Assembly (NCBI GenBank): GCA_963662795.1
Contig: OY759746.1
Span: 512,001 to 576,000 of the forward strand
DNA: 64,000 bases
Direction of reading: 5' to 3'
From: Spirochaetia bacterium
GTDB lineage: Bacteria > Spirochaetota > Spirochaetia > CADAEX01
Below the pieces are notes generated by a model. The model saw only the letters and a program-made list of their open reading frames with translations, searched no databases and had not been told where the DNA came from. Positions 8,751 to 19,012 of the stretch are shown piece by piece. Made by a program: the position numbers and the translations under genes. Every line of letters begins with the position of its first letter. Within the stretch, counting starts at the first letter, position 1.

Positions 8751-11336
8751 TTATTTTTTTACAGAAAAAATTATCTCATCACCTGCATAGTCAACCGTAA
8801 TTACATCACCCTCGGAAAACGTTCCTGAAAGTATATTTTTGGCAAGCGGGTTCTGCACATAATTCTGTATTGTCCTTTTAAGTGGCCGTGCTCCGAATAA
8901 CGGATCATAACCTGTCTTTGAAAGGAATTTCTTTGCTTTATCCGTGAATTCAAGTGTATACTTTCTTTCCTTAAGCCGCTTCGCGAGTTTCTCAAGCTCG
9001 ATATCAACAATCTTTTTGATCTGATCCTCTCCAAGCCTGTTAAACATTATCACTTCGTCAATCCTGTTTAAAAATTCAGGTTTGAATGATGCCTTGAGAA
9101 GCTTGTCCACCTGTACACGCGCTTCATCCAGATTTTCAGTCTGAAGAATATAATCGCTTCCTATATTGCTTGTAAGAATTATTATTGTATTTTTAAAATC
9201 AACAATTCTCCCCTGTCCGTCTGTCAGTCGCCCATCGTCAAATATCTGAAGCATTATGTTAAAAACATCAGGATGGGCTTTTTCAATCTCATCGAAAAGT
9301 ATTACTGAATAAGGCCTTCTTCGTACTGTTTCAGTAAGCTGCCCTCCCTGGTCATAACCGACATATCCCGGAGGCGCTCCTATAAGTCTTGATACGGAGT
9401 GTTTCTCCATATACTCGCTCATATCAATCCTGGTGAGGGCCTTCTCATCGCTGAAAAGAAAATCCGCAAGCGCTTTCGCAAGCTCTGTTTTTCCAACGCC
9501 GGTTGGGCCAATAAATATAAATGTTCCGAGCGGCCTTGATTCCTCAGCCAGTCCTGTCTTGTTTCTTCTTATCGCATCCGCAATTGATCTTAATGCCTTT
9601 TCCTGCCCTACAACACGTTTAGAGATTGTTTCCTCAATTTTCAGGTATTTCTGCATCTCTGATGAGAGCATCTTTGAAACAGGAATTCCTGTCCAGGCTG
9701 ATACTACCCTTGCGATATCCTCTTCCCCTACTTCCTCCTGCAAAAGAACGTTCCCGGACTGTACCTTTTCAAGCTCACCGCTTTTCTTTTCAAGTTCCGC
9801 GCGTGCTTCAGGCAGCCGGCCATGTTTTATTTCCGCCGCTTTTGCGAGGTTCCCTTCCCTTTCGTACTTCGCTTCCTCAATTTTATATTCTTCAATCTGC
9901 TGTTTCAGGGACCGTATCCCCTCTATAACGGTTTTTTCATTTTTCCACTGGAGCTGCATCGCATCCCTTGCAGATTTAAGTTCAGCAAGATCCTTTACAA
10001 TAATATCAAGCCTCTCTCTTGAGGCATCATCCTCTTCCCGGGTCAGAGCCTGTTTTTCTATGTTGAGCTGAAGCATTTTTCTTTCTATCTGGTCAAGCTC
10101 TGTAGGCTGGCTCTCAATTTCCATTTTGAGCCGGCTTGCGGCCTCATCCACAAGGTCTATAGCCTTGTCAGGGAGGAACCGGGAAGTAATATAGCGGTTT
10201 GAAAGGGAGGCCGCCGCGATTATGGCCTCATCCTTGATTCTTACTCCATGATGTATCTCATAACGTTCTTTAAGGCCTCTGAGTATAGCCACTGTATCTT
10301 CGACACTCGGCTCTTTTGTAAAGACTGTCTGGAACCTTCTTTCAAAAGCGGCATCCTTTTCGATATGCTTTCTGTATTCTGAAAGGGTTGTCGCCCCTAT
10401 GCATTTAAGTTCGCCCCTTGCAAGCGCGGGTTTCAGCAGATTGGAAGCATCCATAGCGCCTTCCGCGGCCCCTGCTCCAACCAGAGTATGGAGTTCGTCA
10501 ATAAACAGGATTATTTCCCCGTCGCTTTGTGATATCTCGTGTATTACAGCCTTGAGGCGCTCTTCAAACTCTCCCCGGAACTTGGCGCCGGCGACAAGGG
10601 CGCCCATATCAAGGGCAAGCAGCTTTTTATTCTTAAGAGAATCAGGTACGTCACCAGACACAATACGTCTTGCGAGTCCTTCGGCGATCGCTGTTTTACC
10701 GACCCCCGGTTCGCCTATAAGGACCGGATTATTCTTTGTCCTTCTGGAGAGAACCTGCATGACACGCCGTATTTCATCATCCCTTCCGATAACCGGATCA
10801 AGTTTCTCCCGTGCAGCAAGGGCTGTAAGGTCCCTGCAGTATTTTTCCAGAGTCTGATACCGGTTTTCAGGGTTCTGGTCCGTAACTCTCTGGTTTCCCC
10901 TTATTGAAACAAGCGTTTTAAGTATCGAGTTTTTATCAACACCGGCCTTTTTCAGTATCCGCCCGGCTTCGGACTCTGAGGATGAATCTGTAAGCGCTAT
11001 GAATATGTGCTCGGTGCTTATATATTCATCCTTAAGCTTACCGGCTTCAAGCTCGGCGTTATTCAGTATTTTAGCGGCAGGAGCTGACAGGTGGACCTGT
11101 GCCCCGTCACCGTATATTCTGGGTTTTGAGCTTAAGGCTTTTTCAGTTTCCGAAAGAAGTTCTTCCCTGTTGATGCCAAGTTTATCAAGAAGAGGAGGTA
11201 TAATTCCATCCTGCTGGGTTATAAGAGAGTAAAGCAGATGTTCAGGCTCAATCTGGGAATTGCTGAATTTATGGGCCGCCGTTTCTGATGCCTGAATTAT
11301 TTCCTGCGCTTTTACAGTCAGCCTGTCGTATCTCAT
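8751..11336 (-). CDS. clpB: ATP-dependent chaperone ClpB
   Basis: Clp N-domain; two AAA+ modules ([16 protein letters not shown]); coiled-coil middle domain; 861 aa. Confidence 0.97.
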   Translation of the reverse strand: MRYDRLTVKAQEIIQASETAAHKFSNSQIEPEHLLYSLITQQDGIIPPLLDKLGINREELLSETEKALSSKPRIYGDGAQVHLSAPAAKILNNAELEAGKLKDEYISTEHIFIALTDSSSESEAGRILKKAGVDKNSILKTLVSIRGNQRVTDQNPENRYQTLEKYCRDLTALAAREKLDPVIGRDDEIRRVMQVLSRRTKNNPVLIGEPGVGKTAIAEGLARRIVSGDVPDSLKNKKLLALDMGALVAGAKFRGEFEERLKAVIHEISQSDGEIILFIDELHTLVGAGAAEGAMDASNLLKPALARGELKCIGATTLSEYRKHIEKDAAFERRFQTVFTKEPSVEDTVAILRGLKERYEIHHGVRIKDEAIIAAASLSNRYITSRFLPDKAIDLVDEAASRLKMEIESQPTELDQIERKMLQLNIEKQALTREEDDASRERLDIIVKDLAELKSARDAMQLQWKNEKTVIEGIRSLKQQIEEYKIEEAKYEREGNLAKAAEIKHGRLPEARAELEKKSGELEKVQSGNVLLQEEVGEEDIARVVSAWTGIPVSKMLSSEMQKYLKIEETISKRVVGQEKALRSIADAIRRNKTGLAEESRPLGTFIFIGPTGVGKTELAKALADFLFSDEKALTRIDMSEYMEKHSVSRLIGAPPGYVGYDQGGQLTETVRRRPYSVILFDEIEKAHPDVFNIMLQIFDDGRLTDGQGRIVDFKNTIIILTSNIGSDYILQTENLDEARVQVDKLLKASFKPEFLNRIDEVIMFNRLGEDQIKKIVDIELEKLAKRLKERKYTLEFTDKAKKFLSKTGYDPLFGARPLKRTIQNYVQNPLAKNILSGTFSEGDVITVDYAGDEIIFSVKK

Positions 11337-11487
11337 GGTTCCTCCGAAAAAATTCTTGTATATGTCTGGTATTGTATCTTTAAAATAATATTATGCGGGG
11401 GATCGGGTCAAATTTATTTTCTTGACTGCGAATAAATACTAATTCATAATAAATTCCAAAGGGAAACTTTCCCCCGGGGACATAAAA

Positions 11488-13002
11488 ATGTTTAAAAAAG
11501 CCATAAAGCTGATGCTGATATTGTTTTTTATTGCTTCCTCCTCTATTTTCCCGCAGAGCGAGCTTAAGCCCAGGATTACCATATTTCCGCTTGAAAATCC
11601 CGCAAAGGATGTTCAGGTCGAAATAATTTCCCGGAATGTACAGAAAACAATGGAATTAAATTTAAAGGTTATTGACAGATATATAATTGCTGAAAATGAT
11701 ATTAAGGATTACTCACCCGATACCGCCTGGCTTCTGGAATACTGTGAAAAGAACAGCCTTGACAATATTATTTCAGGACGGGCTCTTATCGGGGATGCAG
11801 GTACAGTTACCCTTGAGATGTCTGTTTTCGACAGGCAGACTTCCTCTGTAACATTGACCGAAACAGAAACTGCAGAAACTTTATTCGACATTTTCGAAGC
11901 ATCCGACCTTCTTGCCATAAAAATGATGGAAGGTTTCAGCGGTATGCATCTCGGCTTCGGCGGCATCAGATTTAAAAACAGCGGTGTTGAAGGTGCATAC
12001 TCTGTATTTATAGATGATGTCCTTGCAGGGGAAAATACAACAGCCCTTACAACTATTCTAAACGGGGAAAGAAAAGTAAAAATCGTACAGCAGAGGATGT
12101 TTGATGAACTTGTGGTATTCGAAGGCCCTGTACTTGTCCTTGAAAAGAAAGCAACAGAGGTATTATTTTCAATTCCGGGTTTCATTGAGGAAGAAAGCGA
12201 GACTATTGCAAAACATGAAAATGCCATTGCCAAAGACTGGGACAACAAATATGCAAGCAGATCGGTTGACAGAAGGTTTGACAAACTTTTTGAACTGCTT
12301 GAAGTAACTGACTACAGCGCATCAGCAGCTGAGAAGAAAAAAGAACTTGAAGAAAAGCTTGCCGTCTGGAACTCCAAAAAAGAGAACTGGGGCATAGCAG
12401 ACGGAATATCAATGCTGGACAAAAGGGGAGGAGCATCAGTCTTTGCAGGAGCTGCTTTAATGTTCCCTTCCTACTCAAGAGACGGGACAACAGACTGGAG
12501 CAGCAGCATAACCTTTAATCCAAAAATCGGAGCTTCATTATCCTGGAATATCATGCAGAGACTGGCTCTTCAGACAGAATGGATATTCATGCCTGTAAGG
12601 GCAGAAGTTAAAAACAGCGACATACTTACTACAACCGGGGCAGAGTTCAATATGATGGAATTCCCTGTCCTGCTGCTTTACAGGACTCAGACAAAGAAGA
12701 CAAGCTTTTACGCGGGATCAATAATGCAGCTGCGTATTAATGACGGCATTGTATTCCTTGAACAGTCCGGCAATGAGACTGAGATTGATAATAAAGATGA
12801 TGAATATATTGAAAGGGCAGGATTTGCCCTCACCGGCGGGGTCCTGTTCGAAATACCGCTTAAAAAGAATTTCATGAAGTTCGACTTCCGATATGTCAGG
12901 GGAATGACAAACTGGACAAAAGGGGCGGACGATGAGGAATTTTCACAGTTTTATCCGGATTATTTTCATGTAACAATAGGATACGGGATAAAATTTTTCT
13001 GA
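11488..13002 (+). CDS. Exported multidomain protein with a probable C-terminal outer-membrane beta-barrel
   Basis: Signal peptide; C-terminal alternating beta-strands ending 'VTIGYGIKFF'. Confidence 0.6.
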   Translation: MFKKAIKLMLILFFIASSSIFPQSELKPRITIFPLENPAKDVQVEIISRNVQKTMELNLKVIDRYIIAENDIKDYSPDTAWLLEYCEKNSLDNIISGRALIGDAGTVTLEMSVFDRQTSSVTLTETETAETLFDIFEASDLLAIKMMEGFSGMHLGFGGIRFKNSGVEGAYSVFIDDVLAGENTTALTTILNGERKVKIVQQRMFDELVVFEGPVLVLEKKATEVLFSIPGFIEEESETIAKHENAIAKDWDNKYASRSVDRRFDKLFELLEVTDYSASAAEKKKELEEKLAVWNSKKENWGIADGISMLDKRGGASVFAGAALMFPSYSRDGTTDWSSSITFNPKIGASLSWNIMQRLALQTEWIFMPVRAEVKNSDILTTTGAEFNMMEFPVLLLYRTQTKKTSFYAGSIMQLRINDGIVFLEQSGNETEIDNKDDEYIERAGFALTGGVLFEIPLKKNFMKFDFRYVRGMTNWTKGADDEEFSQFYPDYFHVTIGYGIKFF

Positions 13003-13047
13003 AAATTATTGATTGTTTTTTTTAAACAGCTGTAATAATCTCTTTTC

Positions 13048-13701
13048 ATGAACATGTTATTGCTTAACGCAGTTTTATCAGCTGTTCCTGCAGCTTTTAT
13101 TGCCGCAGTCATAATATTTAAAAACAGAAAAACTGATTTCAGCGCTGCTTCAATCATCACATTTATTCTTGCAGGTGCTTTTATAGTATTTCCTGCCGGT
13201 ATGACTGAACTGGCATTATCTTTTTATATACCAAAAACTGCTGGTATCTGGAAAATCCTGATCGACGCTGTATTGATTTCAGCCTTAATAGAGGAAACAG
13301 CAAAGCTTTTTCTGTTAAGACTTATATTCTACACCAAAAACATTAAAAACCTGAAAGCGGCAGTAACAATAGCTGTTGCCGCAGGCACCGGTTTCGCTTT
13401 TCTTGAAAACATCATGTACAGCTTTGACCACTCATTTATTATTATTGTCCGCAGCCTGACAGCTGTTCCTCTTCATATAATTACTGCCGGTATTACAGGA
13501 CTGTATCTGGTAAAAAGGGACAGTGAAAACAGATACATCCGTTACAGGGGTTTTGCCCACGCAATAGTAATACACGGACTGTATGACATCCTCATATCAA
13601 CGCAGTCTGTATATTCATTCCTGATAATACCGCTTATTCTTCAGGCCGGATACAGCCTCTACATGGATTATAAAAGAGAGCGCGGAACAAATCCTGATTA
13701 A
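13048..13701 (+). CDS. PrsW-family intramembrane glutamic protease
   Basis: 'IEETAK', 'GFAFLENIMY', 'RSLTAVPLH', 'IHGLYD'. Confidence 0.88.
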   Translation: MNMLLLNAVLSAVPAAFIAAVIIFKNRKTDFSAASIITFILAGAFIVFPAGMTELALSFYIPKTAGIWKILIDAVLISALIEETAKLFLLRLIFYTKNIKNLKAAVTIAVAAGTGFAFLENIMYSFDHSFIIIVRSLTAVPLHIITAGITGLYLVKRDSENRYIRYRGFAHAIVIHGLYDILISTQSVYSFLIIPLILQAGYSLYMDYKRERGTNPD

Positions 13702-13709
13702 CATTTCAT

Positions 13710-14951
13710 TTATCCGTTAATATGGGTATTTTTCCCTCTTTTAATTTTTCTGAAAAAAGCGGAGACAAGCAGAAAAAAGAAAAAGAGCGCGGCCGCATAC
13801 AATAATAAATCAGCAGACAGGGAATTATCCGGTGTATCAGTTTTTATATTTAATATAATTTCAGTCATCCGGGGGTATGATGCAATCAGGTCTATAACAG
13901 CGCCTGAGGCAAGGCTTCCCGAAATAATCGAAACAAGATAGATAAGGGTCTGTTTTTTCCCAAGCACTTTTAAAATTACGGATAACGACGCGGCATTTGT
14001 CGCAGGTCCCGCTATAAGAAAAACATAGGCCGCACCCGGGGATATCCCTTTGGCAAGCAGAGCGAGCGCTATGGGAATACTTGTCGTTGAGCATACATAA
14101 ATCGGGATGCCTATTATTATCATTAAAATCATCCCGGAAATACCGCCTGAAAATACTGTATCCTGAAAGAAGTTGTCGGGAATGATGAATGAAATAATTC
14201 CTGCTATAAAAATTCCTGTTACAAACTGCAGTGCGATATCATCCATAAACTCGATAAACACAAAATCATATAAACCTTTAAGTTTATCCCTTATTCCGGT
14301 ATAACCGGCCGGCACAGAGCAGCATGAAGATTCCCCGGGGTTCCCGCTTCCGCAGCATGGGACAGCGTTTGAATCAGAATCAGGGGACAAAGCTGAATCA
14401 GTTTTTACTTTTTCGCTTCCGCAGCATCCTGAAGAGCATGAAGCGCTTTCATCTTCCCGGCTTACTGCGCTGTCTGAATAAACAGAAGCCGGGGCAGTCC
14501 GGACACGGCCCTTGCCGGTTTCCGGCGTCCCCCCGTCCCTGTCAAAAAAAAGACTCAGGAGTCCGCCCCAGACTCCTGTTACAAGTGCGGAAACCGGTCT
14601 GAAAACAGCAAAGAAAGGGCCCATCAGCCCGTAAGTCGCAATAACACTGTCTATCCCTGTCTGGGGTGTTGATATCAGAAAAGCCATCGCGGCAGAATGC
14701 GATGCCCCGGCCCTTTTAAGGTAAACTGTCGCCGGGATTACCCCGCAGGAGCAAAGGGGAAGCGGCACTCCAAACAGCGAAGCTTTAAGTATTGAAGAAA
14801 AAGTGTGTGATCCGATATGCCGGCTTACCGTCTCCCTGCTTATAAGCACGGAAAGTATCCCGGCAAGAAGCATCCCCAGGACAATGTAGGGGCTCATATC
14901 TATAAAAAGCAGAAAAGTTTCCTTTAAAATACCGTAAATTATATCAAACAT
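13710..14951 (-). CDS. SO_0444/DUF318-family metal efflux permease with a Cys-rich loop
   Basis: 'GVPLPLCSCGVIP', 'FLISTPQTGIDS', 'IPIYVCST', 'AGPATN'. Confidence 0.85.
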   Translation of the reverse strand: MFDIIYGILKETFLLFIDMSPYIVLGMLLAGILSVLISRETVSRHIGSHTFSSILKASLFGVPLPLCSCGVIPATVYLKRAGASHSAAMAFLISTPQTGIDSVIATYGLMGPFFAVFRPVSALVTGVWGGLLSLFFDRDGGTPETGKGRVRTAPASVYSDSAVSREDESASCSSGCCGSEKVKTDSALSPDSDSNAVPCCGSGNPGESSCCSVPAGYTGIRDKLKGLYDFVFIEFMDDIALQFVTGIFIAGIISFIIPDNFFQDTVFSGGISGMILMIIIGIPIYVCSTTSIPIALALLAKGISPGAAYVFLIAGPATNAASLSVILKVLGKKQTLIYLVSIISGSLASGAVIDLIASYPRMTEIILNIKTDTPDNSLSADLLLYAAALFFFFLLVSAFFRKIKRGKNTHING

Positions 14952-14975
14952 TGATTTATCCTCTCCCGTTGAGCT

Positions 14976-15365
14976 CTACTGCTCCCTGATATGTTCAAGA
15001 CCTGTGTTTATGATTTCATTAATATGGCTGTCCTTAAGCGAATAAAAAACATGCTTGCCCTCTTTTCTGTACCTGACTAACCGGTTATGGCGCAGTATTT
15101 TGAGCTGATGTGAAATCGCGGTCTGCTGCATATCAAGTGTCTCTGAAATTGTGTGTACGCAAAGCGGTTTTTCAGACAGTATTGAAAGTATTCTCAGGCG
15201 CGTCGGGTCACCGAAAACCTTAAAAAACTCAGACAAATCCTGCACTTCCTCATCAACCGGAATACTTTCAAGGAGATTTGAGGGGACGGGAGTGCATTCT
15301 TCTTTTGCCTTCCCATCATTGCCGTTAAAATTGTTTTCACTGTTTTTGCCAGTTATCTCTGTCAT
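14976..15365 (-). CDS. ArsR/SmtB metal-sensing repressor
   Basis: 'FFKVFGDPTRLRIL', 'ISHQLKILR', alpha5 metal site 'DSHI...EHIRE'; start moved to ATG 15365, which follows GGAGGT. Confidence 0.92.
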   Translation of the reverse strand: MTEITGKNSENNFNGNDGKAKEECTPVPSNLLESIPVDEEVQDLSEFFKVFGDPTRLRILSILSEKPLCVHTISETLDMQQTAISHQLKILRHNRLVRYRKEGKHVFYSLKDSHINEIINTGLEHIREQ

Positions 15366-15409
15366 GATAAATACCTCCCTGATTAACCGCTTAGCTCTTA
15401 ACATATCTT

Positions 15410-15431
15410 TATATGAACACTTATTCATATA
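15410..15431. promoter_or_regulatory. SmtB/CzrA-type operator
   Basis: Perfect inverted repeat TATATGAA-cactta-TTCATATA, about 45 nt upstream of the repressor start. Confidence 0.8.
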
Positions 15432-15514
15432 TATAATATATCTTTTCACTTTAATCAAGTTTTCTGCAGATTTTTTTCCGTTTTTAATTCTTCAGGTAAA
15501 ATAAGCCTGTTTTA

Positions 15515-15543
15515 TTGACATTAATACTTAAAATCTGTATATT
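15515..15543 (+). promoter_or_regulatory. Sigma70 promoter of the tRNA gene
   Basis: TTGACA-17 nt-TATATT. Confidence 0.8.
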
Positions 15544-15554
15544 ACTTTTGTCGA

Positions 15555-15627
15555 CGCAGGGTAGAGCAGTTGGCAGCTCGTCGGGCTCATAACCCGGAGG
15601 TCGCAGGTTCGAGTCCTGTCCCTGCTA
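15555..15627 (+). tRNA. tRNA-Met(CAT), initiator type; CCA not encoded
   Basis: Cloverleaf with CTCATAA anticodon loop, three G-C pairs in the anticodon stem, unpaired C1/U72 and a GTTCGAGTC T-arm. Confidence 0.96.
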
Positions 15628-15635
15628 TACTTAAC

Positions 15636-15670
15636 CCGTAGTATCTTTATGGTGCTGCGGTTTTTTTTTT
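15636..15670 (+). terminator. Intrinsic terminator after the tRNA
   Basis: CCGTAGTATC/GGTGCTGCGG stem (with G-U pairs) followed by T10. Confidence 0.85.
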
Positions 15671-15870
15671 GCATCAGAAGGACATGACGAGATCCAAGTG
15701 AGCGCGCGGAAGCGGAACATTGGTGGTCCTCGCCGGCGAGCGATGGGGGAGGTAAAGACCTTCTCCTGTTTATGTTTTGTAATTTTAAACCGGAACAGGA
15801 TCTTTTCCGGTTTTTGTAAAACAGTTATTATTTAATTCCAGTTAAAAATAGAATATTTCATAAATCAATA

Positions 15871-17361
15871 TCAGATATTTCTCTGATAAATATCCTCAAC
15901 TCTCTTATACCACAATCTGTAAAAGTCAGCTGTCTCAGGATCCGGCTTTATAACAACTTTTGTTTCATTTACCGGAAGCGCATTATCAAGCGTAGAGAGA
16001 ATACCGGCTGCTGTCATGGCTGTTTTTGCTGCGCCGAGTGCGGAGGCTTCTTTAATACTTGTAACATTGACTTCTGTATTAAAAACATCTGCCTGCATTT
16101 GCAGCCAGAATCCGGATGTGCAGTAACCGCCGGAAGCAAGCAGCGGCATGTGAAAATTATGCAGTTCCTCAAGCGAGTGATATACAGAACACATACGGAA
16201 CATGACACCTTCCAGAGCAGCCCGTATTAAATGTTCCCTTCCATGTGAATAATCCAGCCCGAACATCATCCCCCTGACTGATGCATTCCAATCCGGACTT
16301 CTCTCACCTGTCAGCAGAGGGATAAAAACCAGCCCATTACTGCCGGGTGCAATTGATTCCGCCTGTCTGTCAAAGGTTTCATAAACATCTTCAGAATAAA
16401 GTGAAGCGTCATATTCAGCCTGTCTGGGAAAAAGCCTGTATAACCAGCTGGCTGCCAATCCGGCATTGTTAATGGCTCCTCCATTGATCCAGTGATTTTC
16501 ATCAAAAGGATAAGTCCAGGTTCTTCTTTGAGGATCAAGCAACGGGTTCCTTTCCGTCAGCCGCAATGCTCCGCTTGTCCCGATGGTTGAAACGATCATT
16601 TTTGAACCGGCTGAGGTGAGAGCAATATTGGCAAGAATTCCATCACCCGAACCGATGTGAACAGGGAAACCTGAGGGCAGGCCTGTTTCATTCGCAATAA
16701 AAACCGAGGTTAGTTTTTTTACAGTCAGCGCCGGGACAATTTGACTTAACCGGGATGGACTGAGTTTTAGAATATCAAGAATTTTATCATCCCAGTTAAA
16801 AGTCCCGATATTAAGCATACCCTGGGCACCGGCCATTCCGGGGTCAATTATCCATTCTCCGCAAAGATGGTATAACAGATAATCCTTTAACCCTGCGAAA
16901 CGTGATGCCGGACTGCAGAGTTCTTTTTCCGTTAAGGCAAAATGAAGAATTTTACTTACAGGATACATGGGATGATCAAGCCGGCAACCTGTTCTTGCAT
17001 AAAGGTCCTCAATGTCCCTGGTACCGATATAAGAAGCCTGTTCCCTTGCCCTGGTGTCAGTCCACAGATAAACAGGAGTCAGCGGCTGTCCCTCTCTGTC
17101 GAGAGCCATGATGCTGTGCATATGGCAGCTGATCCCCAGAATGTCGGGCTTTTTGTTTTTCTGTTTGGCGAGACCTGCAAGTTCTGAAAGAGCCTGAATT
17201 GCAAACTTAAGTATTAATTCAGGATCAACTGTCGCATGCCCGTCTTCAGTAGTTGTTATGGGTGATTTTTTTTTTACAGAAATAATTTCCCTGCCGTCTG
17301 CATCAAAAAGGATTGCCTTTATATTGGAGGTTCCAAGGTCCAGACCGATGGCATAGTTCAT
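15871..17361 (-). CDS. gntK: FGGY-family carbohydrate kinase, gluconokinase-like
   Basis: 'IGLDLGTSNIKA', 'HPMYPVSKI', 'IGTSGALR', 'GGAINNAG', 'GERSPDWN'. Confidence 0.75.
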   Translation of the reverse strand: MNYAIGLDLGTSNIKAILFDADGREIISVKKKSPITTTEDGHATVDPELILKFAIQALSELAGLAKQKNKKPDILGISCHMHSIMALDREGQPLTPVYLWTDTRAREQASYIGTRDIEDLYARTGCRLDHPMYPVSKILHFALTEKELCSPASRFAGLKDYLLYHLCGEWIIDPGMAGAQGMLNIGTFNWDDKILDILKLSPSRLSQIVPALTVKKLTSVFIANETGLPSGFPVHIGSGDGILANIALTSAGSKMIVSTIGTSGALRLTERNPLLDPQRRTWTYPFDENHWINGGAINNAGLAASWLYRLFPRQAEYDASLYSEDVYETFDRQAESIAPGSNGLVFIPLLTGERSPDWNASVRGMMFGLDYSHGREHLIRAALEGVMFRMCSVYHSLEELHNFHMPLLASGGYCTSGFWLQMQADVFNTEVNVTSIKEASALGAAKTAMTAAGILSTLDNALPVNETKVVIKPDPETADFYRLWYKRVEDIYQRNI

Positions 17362-17386
17362 ACAATTACCTTAAAATCGTGATATC

Positions 17387-18124
17387 TCAAATTGCATCTT
17401 TTCCCAATTCGCTTTTTTGAGATTCATGAATTTTCCTGATCCGGTCTATGGTATTCTGAATATGATCATCCAGTATTGCCGCTGTCTGCTCTTTATCATC
17501 CGCAAGAATTGCATTAACTATTTTCCTGTGATACCACCTGCCAACCTGATTTCCCAAAGCGATAACAATTTCTTCCATTGCTTTTCTGAACAATTCATTG
17601 AGTATTTGATTGACCTTGATAATTAGAGTATTGCCCGATATCAGGCATAGTTTTCTGTGAAATTCCAGATCAAGTTCTGTAATTCTGTCAATTTCAGTTT
17701 CAGGCGTACTTTCCAGCAAATCAACATTATTAGCCAGAAACTGTTTGTCTTCACTTGTAATGTTTCTGAATACAAGGGGAACTATACCTACCTCAAGAAT
17801 TTTCCGGTAGTCAAGTACCTCAAGTATATTCCGGTCATCGAGACCTATTATTGGAATAAGAACATTCATATTCAAATCGACAGAAACATCGACGACAAAC
17901 GTTCCTTCTCCCTGTCTGGAAAGAAGAAAGCCCTGTGCAATAAGAGATTTAATTGCAGTTCTTACTGATATCCGGCTGACTCCCATCAACCGGCACAGTT
18001 CATTTTCCGAAGGAATCTTTTCTCCGGCTTTCCAGTGCCCGTCAAGAAGCAGCCTCCTCAGCTGATCATAAACCTGTGTATGTATTTTTTCTGTTTTTAT
18101 GGCCTTTATAGGGTTTTGATCCAA
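17387..18124 (-). CDS. GntR/FadR-family transcriptional regulator
   Basis: 'GEKIPSENEL..MGVSRISVR' HTH plus FCD domain; TTG start. Confidence 0.92.
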   Translation of the reverse strand: MDQNPIKAIKTEKIHTQVYDQLRRLLLDGHWKAGEKIPSENELCRLMGVSRISVRTAIKSLIAQGFLLSRQGEGTFVVDVSVDLNMNVLIPIIGLDDRNILEVLDYRKILEVGIVPLVFRNITSEDKQFLANNVDLLESTPETEIDRITELDLEFHRKLCLISGNTLIIKVNQILNELFRKAMEEIVIALGNQVGRWYHRKIVNAILADDKEQTAAILDDHIQNTIDRIRKIHESQKSELGKDAI

Positions 18125-18208
18125 CTTGAATACTCCGCTAAAATAATTTTACTGCATTTTAATAGCATATCCATGTTTAGACAATAGAGTTAAAAACTGT
18201 CAATGGAT

Positions 18209-18961
18209 TTAATAAGCTGTAACCCCTCCATCAACCGGCAGTGAAATGCCGTTGATAAAGGAAGCCTGATCAGATGCCAGATATAAGGCAGCTTCCGCAA
18301 TATCATATATCCCGGCCAGTCTGCCCAGCGGAACTTCTCCCAGTCGTTCCTTCATCCGTTCCGGATCCTTCAGCATCTGCTGTACAAGCAGCGTATCGGC
18401 CGTACTTGGATGAATCGAATTACACCTGATATTATCTTTTCCGTACCTCGAGGCTATTGATTTTGTTAAAAGGGTTAAGGCCCCTTTGGTTGTTGTATAA
18501 GCTTCAGGTGTATATTTATGCCCGACAAGTCCGCATACAGATGACATATTTATTATACTCCCGCCGCCCCCTGCCTTAAGAAAAGGCAATACATATTTAA
18601 TACCAAGAAAAGGTCCTCTGATATTTACCCTATACATCCTGTCCAGTTCTTCACCGCTCATTTCCTCGATATTCTTCCGGATATTTATTCCGGCATTATT
18701 AACCAGGACATCGATTCCGTCGGATTCCTTTTGAATCATTTCCACAGCTGATTTCCAGCTTGATTCATCGCTTACATCAAGATTTATAAAAAATGCCCTG
18801 CCGTTGTTGTTTTTCAATTCCCCAACAGATTTCGCCCCCTGTTCCCCGTTCATATCCCCTATAAAAACAACAGCACCTTCCCTGCAGAAAGTTTCCGCAA
18901 TCGCGAATCCGATACCCTGCGCTCCCCCTGTTACAAGGGCGGTTTTATTATCAAGTTTCAT
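18209..18961 (-). CDS. Short-chain dehydrogenase/reductase (probably NAD-dependent)
   Basis: TGGAQGIG, NNAG, YTTTK; Asp after beta-2 (IGDM). Confidence 0.92.
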   Translation of the reverse strand: MKLDNKTALVTGGAQGIGFAIAETFCREGAVVFIGDMNGEQGAKSVGELKNNNGRAFFINLDVSDESSWKSAVEMIQKESDGIDVLVNNAGINIRKNIEEMSGEELDRMYRVNIRGPFLGIKYVLPFLKAGGGGSIINMSSVCGLVGHKYTPEAYTTTKGALTLLTKSIASRYGKDNIRCNSIHPSTADTLLVQQMLKDPERMKERLGEVPLGRLAGIYDIAEAALYLASDQASFINGISLPVDGGVTAY

Positions 18962-19012
18962 AATGATGCTCCAAAAAAATGCTGCCCGGTTAAAAACCGG
19001 GCAGAAAAATAA

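Noticed and set aside
9433-10907. Long plus-strand ORFs (212, 152 and 122 aa) inside clpB
   Set aside because: Antisense shadows of a highly conserved gene; no RBS or recognisable motifs
11337-11487. CIRCE/CtsR/HAIR heat-shock operator upstream of clpB
   Set aside because: No CIRCE or HAIR match; the single GGTCAAA and TTGACT are better explained as divergent -35 boxes
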